A stretch of 61,553 nt of DNA, the filler included, from Hausera hauseri (lineage: Eukaryota), in assembly GCA_046269625.1 (NCBI GenBank). It is 9 parts of 9 records of this genome, joined end to end, with 100 filler letters (N's around TTAATTAATTAA, not from the genome) between each part and the next. Parts side by side here need not be neighbours in the genome. Positions count along the whole stretch, not along the records: positions 32,371 to 39,840 come from JBJURY010013011.1; positions 39,941 to 47,463 come from JBJURY010009234.1; positions 47,564 to 52,627 come from JBJURY010347379.1; 6 more parts are not named here. One strand, 5' to 3'. Below, one piece after another: positions 35,236 through 47,983 of this stretch. The position numbers and the translations under genes were made by a program. The notes under the pieces are model-generated. The model had not been told where the DNA came from, did no database searches, and saw nothing but the letters and a program-made list of their open reading frames with translations. Numbering within the stretch: position 1 is the first letter of the stretch; each line of letters begins with the position of its first letter.

Positions 35236-36469
35236 TTATACAATGATAGTTCCGTTTTTCGTTATTTCCACCTCGGCATCAAATAAACCGTAAATGTACA
35301 TCACGATAGATTGCTCCAATGCTTTAGCAAAATGAACCTTCAGTCGCAGGTTTCCGTGCTGAAGTAGTTGATTCTGTTCAACGTCATAATCCGGAGCCAG
35401 AGAAAAGGTAAATAATGGATAGGTGAACTTGAATAAATTCATCGATATGCCATTATTGATGCTTTTGTTTAGGAAACCCACGTTGCGCACAATAGATTGC
35501 ATATGTGTGCAAACATAATCGCCAGTCTCGAAATCCTGCTTGTATTTCTCAACGAAATCCGCATTCTGGCCAAAGTTTTATAATTAACATTGCTGTGGGT
35601 AAGCGTTTCCAAATCGGTAGTATAACTGTCCGTTTGCTGAGCAGTCGTTTGAAAAATAACAAGCACAAATTTGGGCAATTGCATGTCACCAAACAGTGCA
35701 TCTTTGTAAAACGTAGTTGTACCTTTGGGTATGGTGTAAAGCACAAGTTTTGTGCATTGTGTCCGGTATCAGGCATTTTTTATTTTCAAGCCCAATCGAT
35801 GTCCCATAAGCACAGATGGTTCTACATTTACACGATGTACGTATAATCATGCCTAGGTAATATTCAGTATGGGTTTAAGATTTGCCACGGTGATTTTCAA
35901 ACAAAAGACATTATCGCTACATTTGAGCCTAATCATGGATTTAACACCCGTCAGTAGTATTTCGGCTGATCGAATAAGTTAAAGTACAGCGGTCCACACA
36001 TTGTAAGCGCCTTTAATTCTGACACCCATGCCTGGCGGTTTGCTGCATTGGTGTTATATCCGATGGTTTTCCTCAAATAAGTCGTTTTCGTGTCTGCACT
36101 GTAATTCAGAGCCGTTTCAATGAGTGCTCTGATACTGTATAGACTGATGTTGCCTTCGATTTTGACGCTGTTTAGAGTCAGTGAAGCTTCCTAGAACAGT
36201 GTGAGGAAAAGGTAATTGGCCGGTATGACAGTGTCTGTTGCAGCGAGAACCTTTGATGTATCCTTTTTAACAATGACTCTTTCATAGAATAGCGTATCAT
36301 TCAAATCCACATATTCATTGCCCGATGCCAAAATGTTAAATTGAATATCAAAATTATCGTCCGTTGAAACCGAATCAACGGGGTAAATTTCTTCAAATGC
36401 CGCATTGTCAATAGCAACGTGTGGCGCAGCTTTGTCAAATATACACAATTCGGTTTTTGCAGATGCCAT
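35236..36469 (-). pseudogene. Major capsid protein (double jelly-roll, hexon-like)
   Basis: TELCIFD...EEIYPV...YVDLNDT; LPKFVLV; LFTFSLAPD...GNLRLKVHFAKAL; frameshifted. Confidence 0.85.
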
Positions 36470-36484
36470 TTGTCTATCAATCAA

Positions 36485-36844
36485 TCAATCAAAATTCGTA
36501 CGACGACAACGTTTGTTTATAGTTGATGAGCTCGATGATTCTTTACGACGTTTTCTCAAGGCACTACCATCGAATTGTTTTTTGACTGATTCAATGACTC
36601 CCGGTGCAGCGCTTTTTATTGCTGTTAAGGTGTATTCCTTCAGTGATGGTAAAATCGATTTACTTTCATATAGTATATCCTATGCTGTTTTTACTGCCAC
36701 GGCTCCAATACGCTTCAACACCGGAAATACTAAACGTGCCACTGCGTGCAACCATCCAGAGCCATATTGTTTACCAACGAAATATGGCAATTCACCGCCT
36801 TGCTGGAGTTTACTGTAAATAGAAACGATTTCAGAATCAATCAT
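36485..36844 (-). pseudogene. Small basic virion core/membrane-active protein
   Basis: QQGGELPYFVGKQYGSGWL...FPVLKRIG amphipathic segment and Arg-rich tail; one TAG; lies just upstream of the MCP. Confidence 0.65.
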
Positions 36845-36848
36845 GGTT

Positions 36849-37900
36849 TCAACGGAAATGAAAATTTAGACTGGTTATGGTACCGTACGGAAATTCAATA
36901 AAGTAGCCCGCGTCACATTTGATATTGATTTCAACATTGTTTATAAACGTAGTTGCCACAAGTAGACATATTGGATTATCGAGATTTGACAGCGACATTG
37001 TCGCCAGTAGTATACTTGCTGCTTTCCGGATAAATTGCATGGAGTAGCGGTACACGTATTCCACTTACCAAAATTGGTTCGGTGACGTTCACGTAAATGT
37101 ACATTTAACTTAGTTCCGTTTTCAGTTTGTGGTTAAGTATTGCAACATGTGCCATCTTCGTATTCGATGTCTCGGACCGATGCCTTTCAAAATCCAGTAC
37201 CGTGGCCAAACTTTTTCCAATGAAATGTCCACAATATCCTTAGCTTGTTCAAATTTAATGTACCCACTTGCATCTGACTCGAAAACTTTAAATATCGCCT
37301 TGTGCTTCTGATTGGAAAAGTGTTGACAGACATGTGCTACAGATGCGCAATAGACATTGTCTTCAGTCGATACGTATGATGTTGATACCCTTTTTGCTGT
37401 ATAGGTAAATTTCACAATTGTCTGGTAATATACGGAGCTTAATCTTGGACCAACTACATATTCATTTTTAATATCTTGACCTGTGTACTATGTATTTTTG
37501 AGTCCAAATTTCTGCGCCATATCAGAGTACTCGAAGATAACAGTAAATTCAAAATCTGTCATAAAATGTAAGTTTTGATCTAAAACAGAAACACCGATCT
37601 TGCCGTGTGAACCGTAATTTGCTTTGGTCTTGCAAGTGGCCGATTCTCCAACTGTCATTTTACTGTTAGTGTCAGAGGACAAGAATGTGTTTTGGTTTCA
37701 GTAACAGTCTTGGTGTACGTTATTTTTATACTACCTTTTAATGTCAACGGTACGTAGGGAAAATTAAACTCCGTCAGTGCAACCTCCCATTTTCCAGATA
37801 AATTCAAAGGATTGTTCCAATCTACAACCTATTTACTGGTTGAATTGTTCGGACGAGTCGTCGGACAACTGTTGCTCAGCAACGCCATGTAAATACTCAT
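36849..37900 (-). pseudogene. Minor capsid (penton-like) protein 1
   Basis: IYMALLSNSC...NNSTS...PLNLSGKWEVALTEF; C-terminus VEINIKCDAG...NFHFR. Confidence 0.75.
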
Positions 37901-37951
37901 ATTCACAATAATTTCAATGATCATTATACAGTATGTTTATTATTGACGACG

Positions 37952-38972
37952 TCAAAAATGTAACGTCAAATGTGTTGTTGACCCAAACAGAAATTTAAAG
38001 GGTTCCAAAAATTCATCAAGCATAAAAACGGTAATACTGTGCACAATATTGCGAGACAATAATAAGTACATGGGTCTGAGCATATTAACGCGAACGGTTT
38101 TATCCGATGTTTTGTACGTGTCAGAATCCAGTTCGATAAAAGTCAGTAGTTGTTTATGTTCTCTACCAACGAGTACGGATTCGGTTATATCCGTTAAAAT
38201 GTTGATTCTATGAAATGCTCCATAGAATTGCGGTTTGTATTTGGCAACAATAGATTGTCCAACAATGGTTTGATAGAATTGGCGTTTTAAAGAACCCAGA
38301 TTCTCAGCCAATATTTCATCAAAGGCAAAATATGTTACATTGTCATGTAGTATAATCAAAATATGACCATCCGCGTTTATTTCACATGTCTTTACAGCTA
38401 ATGTAGCCGTATTCTTGACGTATTCACACAATTCCAGTTCCGTTTCCATTAAAAAATCTTGTGTTATAATATATGACCTGATGGCTAATTCACACTTAGT
38501 CCACTTTACTATAATATCGGATTCCTCATTGGATGAAAGATCCAGTTTTTCACCAATTATAACATATCCACCTAGCCGTAGTTTGAGTGTATATCGACTG
38601 ATTGAAAACCCCATGCCTGAGCATTGTGTTGTGCATTTCGATGGGATTTCGATGCACTAGTTTCAAAAATAAACATAAACCGAGAAATGTTGTTGCGAAT
38701 AATGGCGAAGAATATATCAGTTATTGTGTCATACTGTCCGCAAGCGACTTGAAATAGGGTACGCTTTTTGTCAGGTAAAATAAATACAACTGTTCTGACG
38801 TACTCTGATTGGTGAAAATGTAAATATGAATTCGTCGTATGATTTCCCAGGCTCCCTGGCGTAAATCAACAGGTTGGTCCAAACGCATGGTAAACGGTTT
38901 AGCGGTATTGTCATTGTCGTCATATTGTGGTAATGATCTGTTACTATAAAATGCCAAGTAAATGCTGCTCAT
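37952..38972 (-). pseudogene. Minor capsid (penton-like) protein 2
   Basis: IYLAFYSNRS...FTMRLDQPVDLRQGAWE; ILTDITESVLVG...LL...PMYLLL...ITVFMLDE...HLTLHF. Confidence 0.75.
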
Positions 38973-39840
38973 TGAATCTGCGATGCAAAATCCAATTCGG
39001 TGCAGTATATCCCTGCCACTTGAAGAGATATCGTTTATTCGAATCTTTTCCACGTAAAAGTAAAATTTTCTGAATACGATATACATCAGGTTTCTCGGGC
39101 GGTATTTGCAGTTCCTGTTCGTAGAATTTACGGCGCATTTCCTCGTCGTTTTCATCCTCTAAAACGTACATTACAGGTGTTGATTGCCGAAATGCGGAAA
39201 ACCTCGTCGCTCCAGTTCTGATTGAAATTCTTAATGAGTGGCGTCGTACTCAGCTTTGAATTATGTACATAATCACGGATTTTTTATTTTGCGCGTTTAA
39301 TTGCCTTTCGTTGTGTTCCGTTTTCTTAAGGCCGCATGTTCAGACCATCTATCACGTCAACCGGGTGCATTCCGTTGATTCCACGGTATGTCGAATGATT
39401 GTATGCATGAATAATATCCGGCAGTACATCTACCAAGCGTTTTTTGCCTCGCTTCGTAAATAATTTGTTCAGGCGACCACGCAATGTTCGATTAAATCGT
39501 TCAACGAGCACAGCCTTGTTTTGGAAAAACACCGAGTAGCGGTTTACGCCGAACCGTTTCAAGACTGCTGCAACGACGGCTTTGTAAAATTCCTTACCTA
39601 AATCCGTTTGTAAATGCTTCGGCGGCTGTTGTTGCTGTGTTGCATCAGCCGTATCTGAACAGCGTCGGCAATCTCTTTACCGGATTTAGATTTCACGGCA
39701 ATTGCACGTGCAAAACGACTAAAGACATCAACACATGTCAGCACATACCGATACCCATCGTTCATGCTGGCGTACGGAATCATTTCCATCAGATCCATTT
39801 GCCATACGTTATTTACGCCTGCAGCACGGTATGCACGAGT
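38944..39840 (-). pseudogene. Polinton retroviral-like integrase with C-terminal chromodomain
   Basis: QMDL...YVLTCVDVFSRF, LQTDLGKEF, VERFNRTL, FYEQELQ, YRIQKIL...YLFKWQGY. Confidence 0.9.
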
Positions 39841-40329
39841 NNNNNNNNNNNNNNNNNNNNNNNNNNNNNNNNNNNNNNNNNNNNTTAATTAATTAANNNN
39901 NNNNNNNNNNNNNNNNNNNNNNNNNNNNNNNNNNNNNNNNACAAAATAAGCAAAATTTGAGAAGTACCCTGTAGTGTCGCGGCTGCGGTGTATTCACCAA
40001 AGGAACTAGACACCCCTCCAAGATGTGTTATTGTTAACATATCCGTAATTAATAAATCCCACGGAGACGACTGCAACGAAAAATTATGCTAAAATTTTGT
40101 CAAATTGTCATTGAACGTTTTTTTGCTTCTTTCCCTTTAAAACCTTTAAAATTATCTTTGATAGTTTCCTGGATTAAACTTTCTTTCTAAAATCGTTTTA
40201 CGTACTGGCAAATACGGCTGTGCGAAAAAATTCCAAAATATCGTAATAGTAGTTATAGGTAAAAGAAACTTCAATATTGCATAAAAAATTTCAAAATGGA
40301 GAAACGAAATCTAAAATGTTTTTATTTTT

Positions 40330-40931
40330 TTTTGAGGCCAAAAGAAAATTTGATGTTGAGGATAGATACTGGCGGGAATCATGAATATATTGGAAATAAG
40401 CATCAAAGAATCCAATATAGGCACCATATCATTTGTCGATCCAAATGGTCCTGACATTTTAGTATTAAAATCCGATTTTGGTGTGATTACCTCTGTGTAT
40501 GAAGTATTTGTTGATGTTTATGAATCACCAGAATTGGAATGTTCTCTTATAACTAAATTAGCCGTATTGTGATCCATTGACAGAATATTCGATGACCGAA
40601 GATTTACAATTAAGGAAATAAATTTTTTAGACGCTCCTTCAGCAAACCCTAAATTGTTGAGTCTTTCTTCATTTAAGGAAAAGAAATCTCCAATAGTAAT
40701 GTTGTGTAGATAGGAATGATATTTGTGAAGTCTGGCATGTTTTAACCAATCCAGAAAATTTCCCATATGTAATTGTGAATATTTCTGAACATCTATGGAT
40801 GTATTTGGTTGTTCATCATACGGATGATCCATGGTCTCAATGATTGCTTTAGCTTTGATATTAATTGAGGGGTTTTCCAGTATTGTGCTTCTAGATTGGC
40901 ACAACCAATTCTCTGTCCTGCGGTTTTTTGG
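40330..40931 (-). pseudogene. Smaug/SAMD4/Vts1-like RNA-binding SAM-domain gene fragment interrupted by an LTR
   Basis: DWLKHARLHKY...LNEERLNNLG...GASKKF matches the Smaug SAM signature; in-frame stop at 40518. Confidence 0.65.
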
Positions 40932-41159
40932 TGTTACATCGGTATTCTGAGTACGGAAGTGGCATTTACGTGCATTGACCTTCAACGAATCAGTTTTAGA
41001 GATGCCGTTAAGTTTTTTATGATCTTCTCGTCCCATCCGACGGATTAAATTCTTAGAGCGAAGAGTTGGACCCGACTATCGATCCGACGCGACGATAGTG
41101 GACGCCCGGCCTTGCCCAACAAAATGAGCCAAAGGGCACCGGCCGCCATGGGCACCACA
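40932..41159 (-). repeat. 3' LTR (228 bp) of a CsRN1-like Gypsy element
   Basis: TGTGGTG...TGTAACA termini; PPT GGGGGGAGGG at ~41163-41172; start resembles the LTR at 26762. Confidence 0.75.
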
Positions 41160-44100
41160 TCACCCTCCCCCCAGTGGCAAGGTTTAAACTATAAAAGAGT
41201 AAAATAGTCAGAATGGAAAAAAAATCGCCAAACGAAAAGTGTCTGTGACAGTTGATCTCATTGTGAATAAGACGTTGGGTGCCTTCTACTGATTTTTCCC
41301 TGCTATACATGCTAAATGTTACTCTGCATGTTTTGTTTGTATGCGATGTGTTTGCTTGCAGAGTTTGAAGTTGAGGAAAAAATTGTCGGATTTTGGTGTA
41401 AGTGTTGTGTCATGCAAAGACGAGTGAGAATGAAGAGAAGGAGAAGGTAAAGAAGGAAGAGAGATTGTTGGAGACGGATGGTTGGAGGTGTTTAAGAGAG
41501 TGTTAGAAGACAATGTACTGACAAAAGGTGTAGTGGCAGATGATGGAGGAGAGACAAAAATTAAAATAGAAATTGGAATTGTGTTAGGCGAAAGAGTAGA
41601 AGAAGAAAATGAAACAGGGGTAATAGTAGAGATAGGAAGAAAGATAGTAATAGAAGTAGAAGGTGTGGAAAATTATGAAGCAGAACTAGAAGCAGAAGGA
41701 GGATGTGGAACAAGTGTAGCACCAGATATAGGAACAGCAGGAAGTGTACAAGTGAGAAAAGATGTTGATGTGTCGATTGGTGAAGTGTCGTCGACGAAGA
41801 AGTCGGGCTTTAAGTTGGTAATATGCACTGTGAGTTCTTTACCATCTTTAGAAATAATAGCGTTGTGCGAATGTAGTTGTACCAGTTTATAGGACCCCGA
41901 ATACCGCGGTTGGAAACCGCACGCAGTTTGACTTTTTAGCCATAGAAATTTTGCTGAATACAAGTCTTCGGGTAAATATGTTTTGTCATTGTGAAGTAAC
42001 CTGCAAAACGAATCTTTGTTGACCGTAACAAAGTGATTCTGCGCCATCCGTATCGTTTCATCTTTAGGAGTGTTGTCTAGGGCAGTTAGTTTGAATAGTG
42101 ATCGTACAGGATCTCCGAATAAGGCTTCAGTAGGTAAGCATCCTGTAGAAGTGGACGGAGTGTTCCGCCAGCCGAGCAGAACAAACGGAAGAAGATTCGT
42201 CCGACTAGTGTTGAACTATGCAAGGATTCTTAGTGACATTTTCAATGTCCGGTAGAATCGTTCTAAAAGGCTATTCGATTGGGGGTGATAAGGCATAGTA
42301 TGAAAGTGATGTATCCCCAATCGGTTAACAAGGGATTTGAACAGGTTGGATTCAAACTATGGACCCTGGTCCGTGATGATGAAACGAGGTCATCCAAACC
42401 TGCTAATCCATGTACGGATGAAAACATCAGCTATGGTGTCGGTATTAGTGTTCGGCAGAAGAATGGCTTCTGGCCATCACAAGGAACGGTCCATTACGGT
42501 GAGAATGAATTGATAACCGTTGTCTGGAGGACGAGGGCCGACGATGTCAATATACACGGATTCGAAACGCTATGTGCAGGGAAAATGGAAGAGTGGTGGT
42601 TTTAAATGCTTAGTTGTTTTGTTTTTTGGCAAGCCACACAGTCCTTAACCCATGCCTGCACATCGGAGTGCATTGACGGCCAAATTACTTGCCTTTGCAA
42701 GGGTGGTTAGAGAATTATTACGGAATGACCTGGTTTGGAAGTGTCTAAAGCCACGCCGTCAACAATTGTGCAAGATTTAAAAGAGTTAAGCATGTCCTGA
42801 GGTGGTTGGTTCTGTTGAAGTTGTGCTTGAATAAAGATTGATAAAAAATTAATCGAACCAACCGACCTAGATAAAAAGTAGGCAACCAAATTATTAACAC
42901 CGTTAATGTGTTTAATTTCGAAGTTAAATGTCGATAAATATGATATCTGTCGTTCTTGGCATGTGGAAGGGTGTTTCATAGCCATGATGTTAAGTAGGGA
43001 CTTGTGATCGGTTTGTGTAGTAAAATGGCGAGCGACAAGTAGGTGGGAGAATGCTTTAGAGCGAGAACGATGGCCAATGACTCTCGATCGAACGTTGAAT
43101 ATCTAGTTTCAGGAGATTTTAGCTTATGAGAGAAAAATTCTAGCGGTTGATTTTCTCCTTTGTGGATTTGGTGGAGTACAGCACCTACTGCAGTGGTTGA
43201 AGCGCTTATAGTAAGGATGAGTTTCGCATCAGGCTTGGGGAAAGCGAGAATGTCGACGGTCTTAATTCCTTCGCGTAACCTATCAAACTTATCAACCAAT
43301 TTAGGTGTCCATTGGATTGGCTGATGTTTTTTGCCGCCGTTTAAGTGTGAAAATGGTGCTGTCAATTCATAGCCATATGATACATATTTATGTACAAAGT
43401 ATAGTGTACCAAGAAAGCTGTGCATTTCGGTGGTCGTACGTGGTAACTGGATATTCTTAAGTGCTTCAACTCGGTCTCGTTGGGGAGAGTGGCCGTCTGG
43501 TTAAATAACGTGGCCCAAAATGTTGATGCGATTTTTGAAGAAATGGCATTTGTCAAAATTGACTTCGGGATTGTGGTGGTTAAGGCGTTGGAATATTGCG
43601 CGTAGGTGTTCCTCGCGTTGTTTGGCTGAAGACGAAACGATCAGAATATCATCAATGTAAGGGTGCGCAAACGGAAAATCTGAGAGAATTGAGTCAATAT
43701 GTCGCTGAAAAGTCTGTGCGGCATTTCTCAAACCGAATGGCATAAACAAGTACTCGTAGACGCTAAAAGAAGTGGTGACGGCAGTCTTTTCTATGTCTTT
43801 GGGTGCGACTGGTATTTGGTGGTATGCTTTGGTTAAATCAATGGTCGAATAAATTTCGGTTGAATTAAGGCGATTCAAGATATCCTTGATGAGTGGCAGG
43901 GGGTACGCATCCACAATTGTTACTTTGTTCAACTGTCGGTAATCACCGCATGGTCTAAAAGTTCTGTCCTTTCTTTGTACAACATGGAAAGATAATGACC
44001 AAGGAGATTTGGAACGGCGTACAATGCCGGAGCGTTGTAGTTCAAGAAATTCGGCTTCTACGGCCTGCCTTCGACGAGGTGACAGTGGTCGTACCTTTTG

Positions 44101-46430
44101 GCGTATTGGTGGTTGATGCTGTGCAATTATGTGATGTACAGTGCTGTTTGCAGGAGTAAACGTACGATCTTTTTTGAGTACTCGTGGACATGATGTATTA
44201 ACGAAATGCTGCAAAGTTGTACGCAACTGTGAGAGATTCGGTGATAATGGTAAAGCGGCTTGAGTAGTAGTTGATGCAATTTGTGAATTGTTTGGTAATG
44301 TGTAGTCAAATTGTATTTGGTGTAAAATGGTCGAATTAAAAATGGTGTTGGATGAAGTGATTTCATCGAGTGAATTAACGTTGGTGACAGTACCACAATT
44401 AACGACATCGTATCTCAATTGGATATCAATATTATTATTTAAAAATTTACGGAATGAAATATTACGGAAATTCAAAGTAGTTTTTGGTTTTCTCAAAATT
44501 GATCTCTGCGTCTCGATCGACTGCGCGGTAGTCGAAATGCTATTTATATAATTAGTAATACTGCCAGTGATGCTGCTCCTCAGACATCGTTGACTGCAGT
44601 CAACAAATAAATTTTAATGCGATAGGAAATCGGACCCTAGAATTGCCGTCTGCACGTTAGCAACTGTCAACGTCTAGTGGAAAGGTGAAGAAATTTATGT
44701 TAAGATAAAAGATAGTTTAGCCATGCCAGAAATGTGCAGCGGTTGACCTGAAGCTGTGTATAAAGACTTAATTCTGAATGGTAAATTTTGTACAAGAAAA
44801 GTTTGTGGTAATAAGGAAATTGCTGCACCTGTATCAATGAGGAAATCAACGGATTGCGTTGAAGGAGCGGTGATTGCAGCCTTTAGAGTAAAGTCAGCAA
44901 AACAGGCGTATCGGCATTCAGAAAGTGTAGTAGTGCCCTTATCAGAGTTTGCTCTGACTTCTGGCGGCAAATTTAGTTTTTTTGAAAGGATGAACTAGGA
45001 CGATTATTTGAAAAAAAGGTAGCACGTTTGTCGTTCGTATCTGGTTTGAAAGTGCAGCCTGGAATGCGTTTACGAGCTTAATTTTTAAACCTTGCATGGT
45101 AGATGCAAACAACAATGTCTGAAAAAAAACTTTTATTATAAAATTTGCACCCTAGACAGCATTTTTTGGCTCTTATTGAATCTGCTGTGATAATAGCAGA
45201 TAGACGACCACACAGGCGATAGTGACCGGTTTCTAGGTACAAAATGGGCGCGATCGGCGACAAAATCCCTTCGGCGGGACAGGGAAAGTTCATTTAATTT
45301 GTTGTTAATATTGTTAATTGTTGCGTGTAGTGCTGTATTTTCGGCACGTAACTGATTTAGTTGTTGCTCTATTGATGTGTTGTTGTTTTGAATACCTGTA
45401 GCGGATACTGCCGCTGAAACGATTTGTGTGGAGTTTAAGTGTAGAACGTCTTGTGCTTTAGCGGCTAATTCGGCCAACTTTTCAAGAGCCGTGGAGTTCT
45501 CAACTACGGTAAGTAGAGCCCGCATTTAGATGGGTAACGCGTTGAAAAAGTTGTGGCGCAGTAGTTCTGGATTGTGTTCTTTAGTGACGCCGACAGTGTG
45601 TAGATGTTCCAAAGAAGTGCGTAAAAAGTCTCATGGTCGTTGTGTGCCTATAGCATTGTCGTGGAAGAAGCGTTGTATGATCGTGTCCATTGAGGGTTCT
45701 GTGATTTTAAAAACAGCGTTGAAGAGTTGTGAATATGGATCAGGAAGTTTGAAGATTTCAAGGATGTTGTGAATTCGTGTTTTCATACTGTTAGTGGGTA
45801 AGAAGAAAAGGTTGTGTGCTTTAGTTAAAGGATCGGTAACGTTATTGGCTTGTAGCCACAGTTGGTGGAATTGCAAACAAGTTTTGCTGGAGCCTTGGTT
45901 GTCAATAAAGAATTCAGTGCAGCGAGGGAAAGCAGCGGAAGACGTAGTAGGTAGAGTTATTAGCCGAAGTAGGAGTGGGTTTTGAAGCAGTGTAACAGAT
46001 TTTGGTTTCGTGGTGGTTTTATTCGTGGTGTCTATGGTTGGCGATGAATTCATGCCACCACGGATGCGGAAGTATATATGAAGATGGATATAAGTTGAAG
46101 AAGGTTGTAGGGTTCCAGCGATAGGTACTGTAGAGCCATTGTGCGTGATATAAAAGTCAGATGAGTGAAGAAAAGCGGAGATGGCGTTGTAGAAGTTTGT
46201 AGTGTTTGCGTATGTTGATGCAATTGTGTAAATATGTTTGTTGTTTAAAAAAAGAAAAAATAATAATGTGGAAGTATAGCCAGGGGCGTGTCATGGGGCG
46301 TCAGAGAACGGTGCCGTCCTATTCAATGGCATAGTGTTGGCGGCCGGTACTTCAGCCTCGACGTGGCGAATCCCAAACTTTGGGGTGATCGAGTTCCAGC
46401 AGAAATGGTAGGTTCAGGACGCGTATTATC
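40932..46430 (-). mobile_element. Near full-length degenerate CsRN1-like Gypsy element lacking a recognisable 5' LTR
   Basis: gag, FLIDTGA protease, RPCGDYRQLN/YIDD RT, RNase H, integrase, Ser-rich 3' region, PPT, LTR. Confidence 0.9.
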
Positions 46431-46510
46431 GGACATTTATATTTGATGACTATTAGAATCACACAGTTTCACAGTCAAGGTATAAGTATTTTCTTTGCCC
46501 ATTTATAAAA

Positions 46511-47463
46511 CTAAACATTCTCTCCCAATGGAATATGAAATGACAAGAATGTCGTTTCAACGACGAATAAAACTGACAACGTATGTCGGAATGCGTCTTT
46601 GATATGTCTGTCGATAAGTGTAAGTTCAGTTTGGCCGTATTTTTGCTCTAACAGTTGAGCACTGAGTATCAAGGGCTGTGATATCACTGTTAACTTGGAG
46701 TACATATTGACTGCTCGAAAGTCTTGCCTTTATAGAAGATGCTTGCTTATGAACGTATATTTTATAGGATATGTGAGTGTTAGGAATCGGGTATGCGTAT
46801 TGTGGCGATAAAGCAGCATTAGCCATGAGTAGAAGCCTAATATCTTGACTATGCACAATACTTTTGACTTTTTCGTCGCGCAATATTAAAGAAATTCTAG
46901 CAGACCCTGTTTTCGAGACGCTGACTAACTATGTATAACGTTGAAGTTCTTGCTGCTGCACATTTCCAATCAACATTGGTGTTGCATATTGTGACTCAGT
47001 CCGCGTTATAAATCTCAGAACACCTTGTGCATCGCTGTTAAAACCCGATGCATGTATGGACCATTCAAATGGCAAATCGTTCAACGTGGAGAACGTGTTA
47101 CCGAAGTCATCGGAAGGTCCGACAATAAGAGCTTTGGGAGTTTCATGCAAATATAACTCCTGTGTTCCGGTTTCAATAGGTAAGTGCTTAATGACGTCAA
47201 CAATGAGATTTCAATATACAATACGACAGGTAGCTGTTTTTTGGCATAAACTGTAGCTGTTTCACGATGATTTGATTGCCATAAAGAAGTAACGACATCA
47301 TCTTTAGAACATTTTACATGGGAAAATAACGGTGATATTGTTGCCATTTCGGTGGTGCTTGAAGACCATATATGACGAATGAAAGATGAACCTTGTATCG
47401 GATAATTCATTGATGTAAAAGTATTTCTGGGTAAAAGAATATTGGAATAACTTAATCTAAATT
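46511..47463 (-). pseudogene. nup210: Nuclear pore glycoprotein gp210 N-terminal fragment, frameshifted
   Basis: NILLP...MNY, WSSSTTEMATISPL, QELYLHETP...DDFGNTFSTLNDLPFEWSI, GQTELTLIDRHI resemble Nup210. Confidence 0.65.
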
Positions 47464-47983
47464 NNNNNNNNNNNNNNNNNNNNNNNNNNNNNNNNNNNNN
47501 NNNNNNNTTAATTAATTAANNNNNNNNNNNNNNNNNNNNNNNNNNNNNNNNNNNNNNNNNNNNTGGTCGATTTTTTCTCAAAGGAAATATGGCAAAAATT
47601 GTCAGTTCACATGACGTAGAGACAGCAGCAAATGCAGTTTTGCTACCGGAAGGAGCTGAAAGCTATCTAACATTGAAGTTGAAAGGGTACAAGAATTTTC
47701 ACGGCGTTACATCACCAATATGGAAAGTGGAAACTTTTACGCTGATTTGACTTACGTTGTTTTTGATTTTAGCTTATGATGATTAATAAATTTTATTGAT
47801 TTTGTTTTTCATATTGTTTCCCGTCACATTAAGTTAAATGCATAAATGTATATAGATAAATTAAATGGTAATAAAACAAAAGGCAAAACCAACAAATAAT
47901 ATACATTATTTATATGAAACACAGATCACAATGAATTGTCACAGTAAATTGATCTGTCTGCACCGAATTCATGCGTGCGTGTT

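Larger units (their letters stand above)
34321..39840 (-). mobile_element. Degenerate Polinton/Maverick (adintovirus-like) virion module
   Basis: Co-oriented INT, two minor capsid-like genes, core protein, major capsid and adenain-like protease. Confidence 0.9.

Noticed and set aside
40518-41036. 172-aa ORF as an intact SAM protein
   Set aside because: Its first ~35 codons are LTR sequence and it ends at what looks like a premature stop.
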